A stretch of DNA of 64,000 nt from Octopus sinensis (taxonomy: Eukaryota). The stretch covers positions 8,370,001 to 8,434,000 of the forward strand of contig NC_043003.1 of the NCBI RefSeq assembly GCF_006345805.1, written 5' to 3'. Shown here piece after piece: positions 62,349-64,000 of the stretch. The first letter of the stretch is position 1. Each line of letters starts with the position of its first letter. A program made the translations under genes and the position numbers. The notes below the pieces were generated by a model. The model did no database searches and was not told the origin of the DNA. It was given only the letters and a program-made list of their open reading frames with translations.

Positions 62349-62515
62349 TATATATATATCTGACACGACTCCACTAAAGTGGGCGCAAGCGTTAATATAT
62401 GATGTGGCGTATTAATAAATATCTGTAAATATAAAACTATCCAGATTTCTGAGTACCAATTTCTTCTAATATATAATACCCCTACATCATCTCCAAACCT
62501 TCTAAACATATATAT

Positions 62516-62555
<40 letters not shown>

Positions 62556-62558
<3 letters not shown>

Positions 62559-62713
62559 TTCAGCAAAAATTTAGATTCACATGAATATCGTACTTAAGTT
62601 AAAGGCACCAGAATTTGGTATGGTATTATCCATATAAATCAAATGAGGTGATTATAATCAAAATAAGCAACAAGGATATCCAAAGGTAGTGTAGTACAAT
62701 CGTTTCATGCTAC
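62556..62713 (-). mobile_element. Fragment of the 1370-1790 pLTR family incl. HHR 3' half
   Basis: Reverse complement reads GCATGAAACGATTGTA..TGGATATCCTTGTTGCTTATTTTGATT..AATTCTGGTGCCTTTAACTTAAGTA. Confidence 0.7.
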
Positions 62714-63417
62714 TTCATTCAATTAAACAATATAAGTATTACATCAGTTTTAAAAAGTAGAGCACTCTTCAGCCACATATGGAATTTTTAAAATCAAATT
62801 GACAATGTTCATTTTTATACTTATTCCATTTGCCAACATTACAAAGAGGGTAGGTATATAGACAGAGAGGTGAATTTCATCAGTAAAAACATGGTAGTAG
62901 AAGATGTTTACTCATGGGCAGATTAGAAGCATTATTTAAATTTTGTAGGAATTATACTCATTCAACTACCATCCTGACACAGGTGTTAACTCTAAGAGTG
63001 TAATAGCTTAGCTTTTCTTGTCTTTAACTCGACTCCTATACATACATCTGAAGTAATGTGTTGCGCAGAGCATTGATACACCGGCTGTTCTCTCTAATAG
63101 CCATTTTTAAAAGATAGAGACTTAACATTAAATTACAAATGAAATAACAGGTTTATTGATTGTAGTTATTTATAATCAAATCTTCTCTATTATCAGTGTC
63201 TATGAAAACTGCTAGAAAATATGATAATTATACGACGAAAATGAAATATCGATTTCTACCTAGAAAGTTTTAACGTCTGCCGAATCCGTTAAAGAGCTTA
63301 TAGACATTTATAGAAACATAAAACCGGCATTTTGCTACTTTTTGTCTCCGTAATAATAATTCACAGGAACTTATCGCATACAATCACTCATATAATCAAT
63401 GTTATATACTGACATAC

Positions 63418-63497
<80 letters not shown>

Positions 63498-63879
63498 ATA
63501 TATATATATTATATATATATATATATTATATATATATATAATATACATATATACAACACATACATACATACAGGCGTGCTCATGTATATTTACATATGTA
63601 GAAAAAATATATTCCTGTGTGAATGTAGGAGCGTGAATGAATATTGCAAGAGAGTCTAAGTGGGTTTTAAATTTTATTCTTCTTCGCGTCTGGAAAGTCA
63701 GACATAATCGATAGCTTTAGGAGAGATGAGCTACATCAGACTGTCGTTCCCGTGGCACACCGCATCAATATAATATTAACAATCGTGACGTAACGTCTCA
63801 ACGGATTAAAGGACGTTGGCACAACTTTCATTGATCATCAACAACCACCGAGCACCAATATCTGCGACTTAAGATTCTT

Positions 63880-64000
63880 TCATTCTTTTATTCTGTTACT
63901 TGTTTCAGGCATTTGACTGCGGCCATGCTGGAGCACCGCCTTTAGTCGAAGATATTGACACCCAGGGATTATTTATTTGTAAGCCTAGTACTTATTCTAT
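63880..64000 (-). mobile_element. SINE family C 3' half, runs off right edge
   Basis: TTTGACTGCGGCCATGCTGGAGCACCGCCTTTAGTCG..TAAGCCTAGTACTTATTCTAT. Confidence 0.85.

Overview
AT-rich, microsatellite-saturated animal genomic DNA, most likely an octopod cephalopod (inferred from the SINE families and simple-repeat load). No intact host gene can be firmly called, and almost all ORF-track entries are microsatellite or SINE translation artefacts. The window holds remnants of CR1/Jockey-type, RTE and R4/Dong-type LINEs, a Penelope-like element (RT + GIY-YIG), a full-length decayed Tc1/mariner, a mariner fold-back, a Helitron helicase remnant, several MITE-like inverted repeats and dozens of tRNA-derived SINE copies (labelled families A, B, C here, plus one V-like copy). 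The main unexplained structure is about ten type-I hammerhead ribozyme (HHR) motifs from at least five sequence families. Two carriers stand out. One is a tRNA-headed, (AAT)n-containing, HHR-bearing SINE-like element present at 3 loci. The other is a 591-nt non-coding unit with terminal direct repeats around a canonical HHR, i.e. retrozyme-like. Also notable are a near-perfect 675-bp palindrome, smaller hairpins and a possibly decayed plus-strand gene with phase-consistent exons. Coordinates were read by eye and repeat boundaries are approximate (about +/-10 nt). Ribozyme activity is inferred from motif and structure only.
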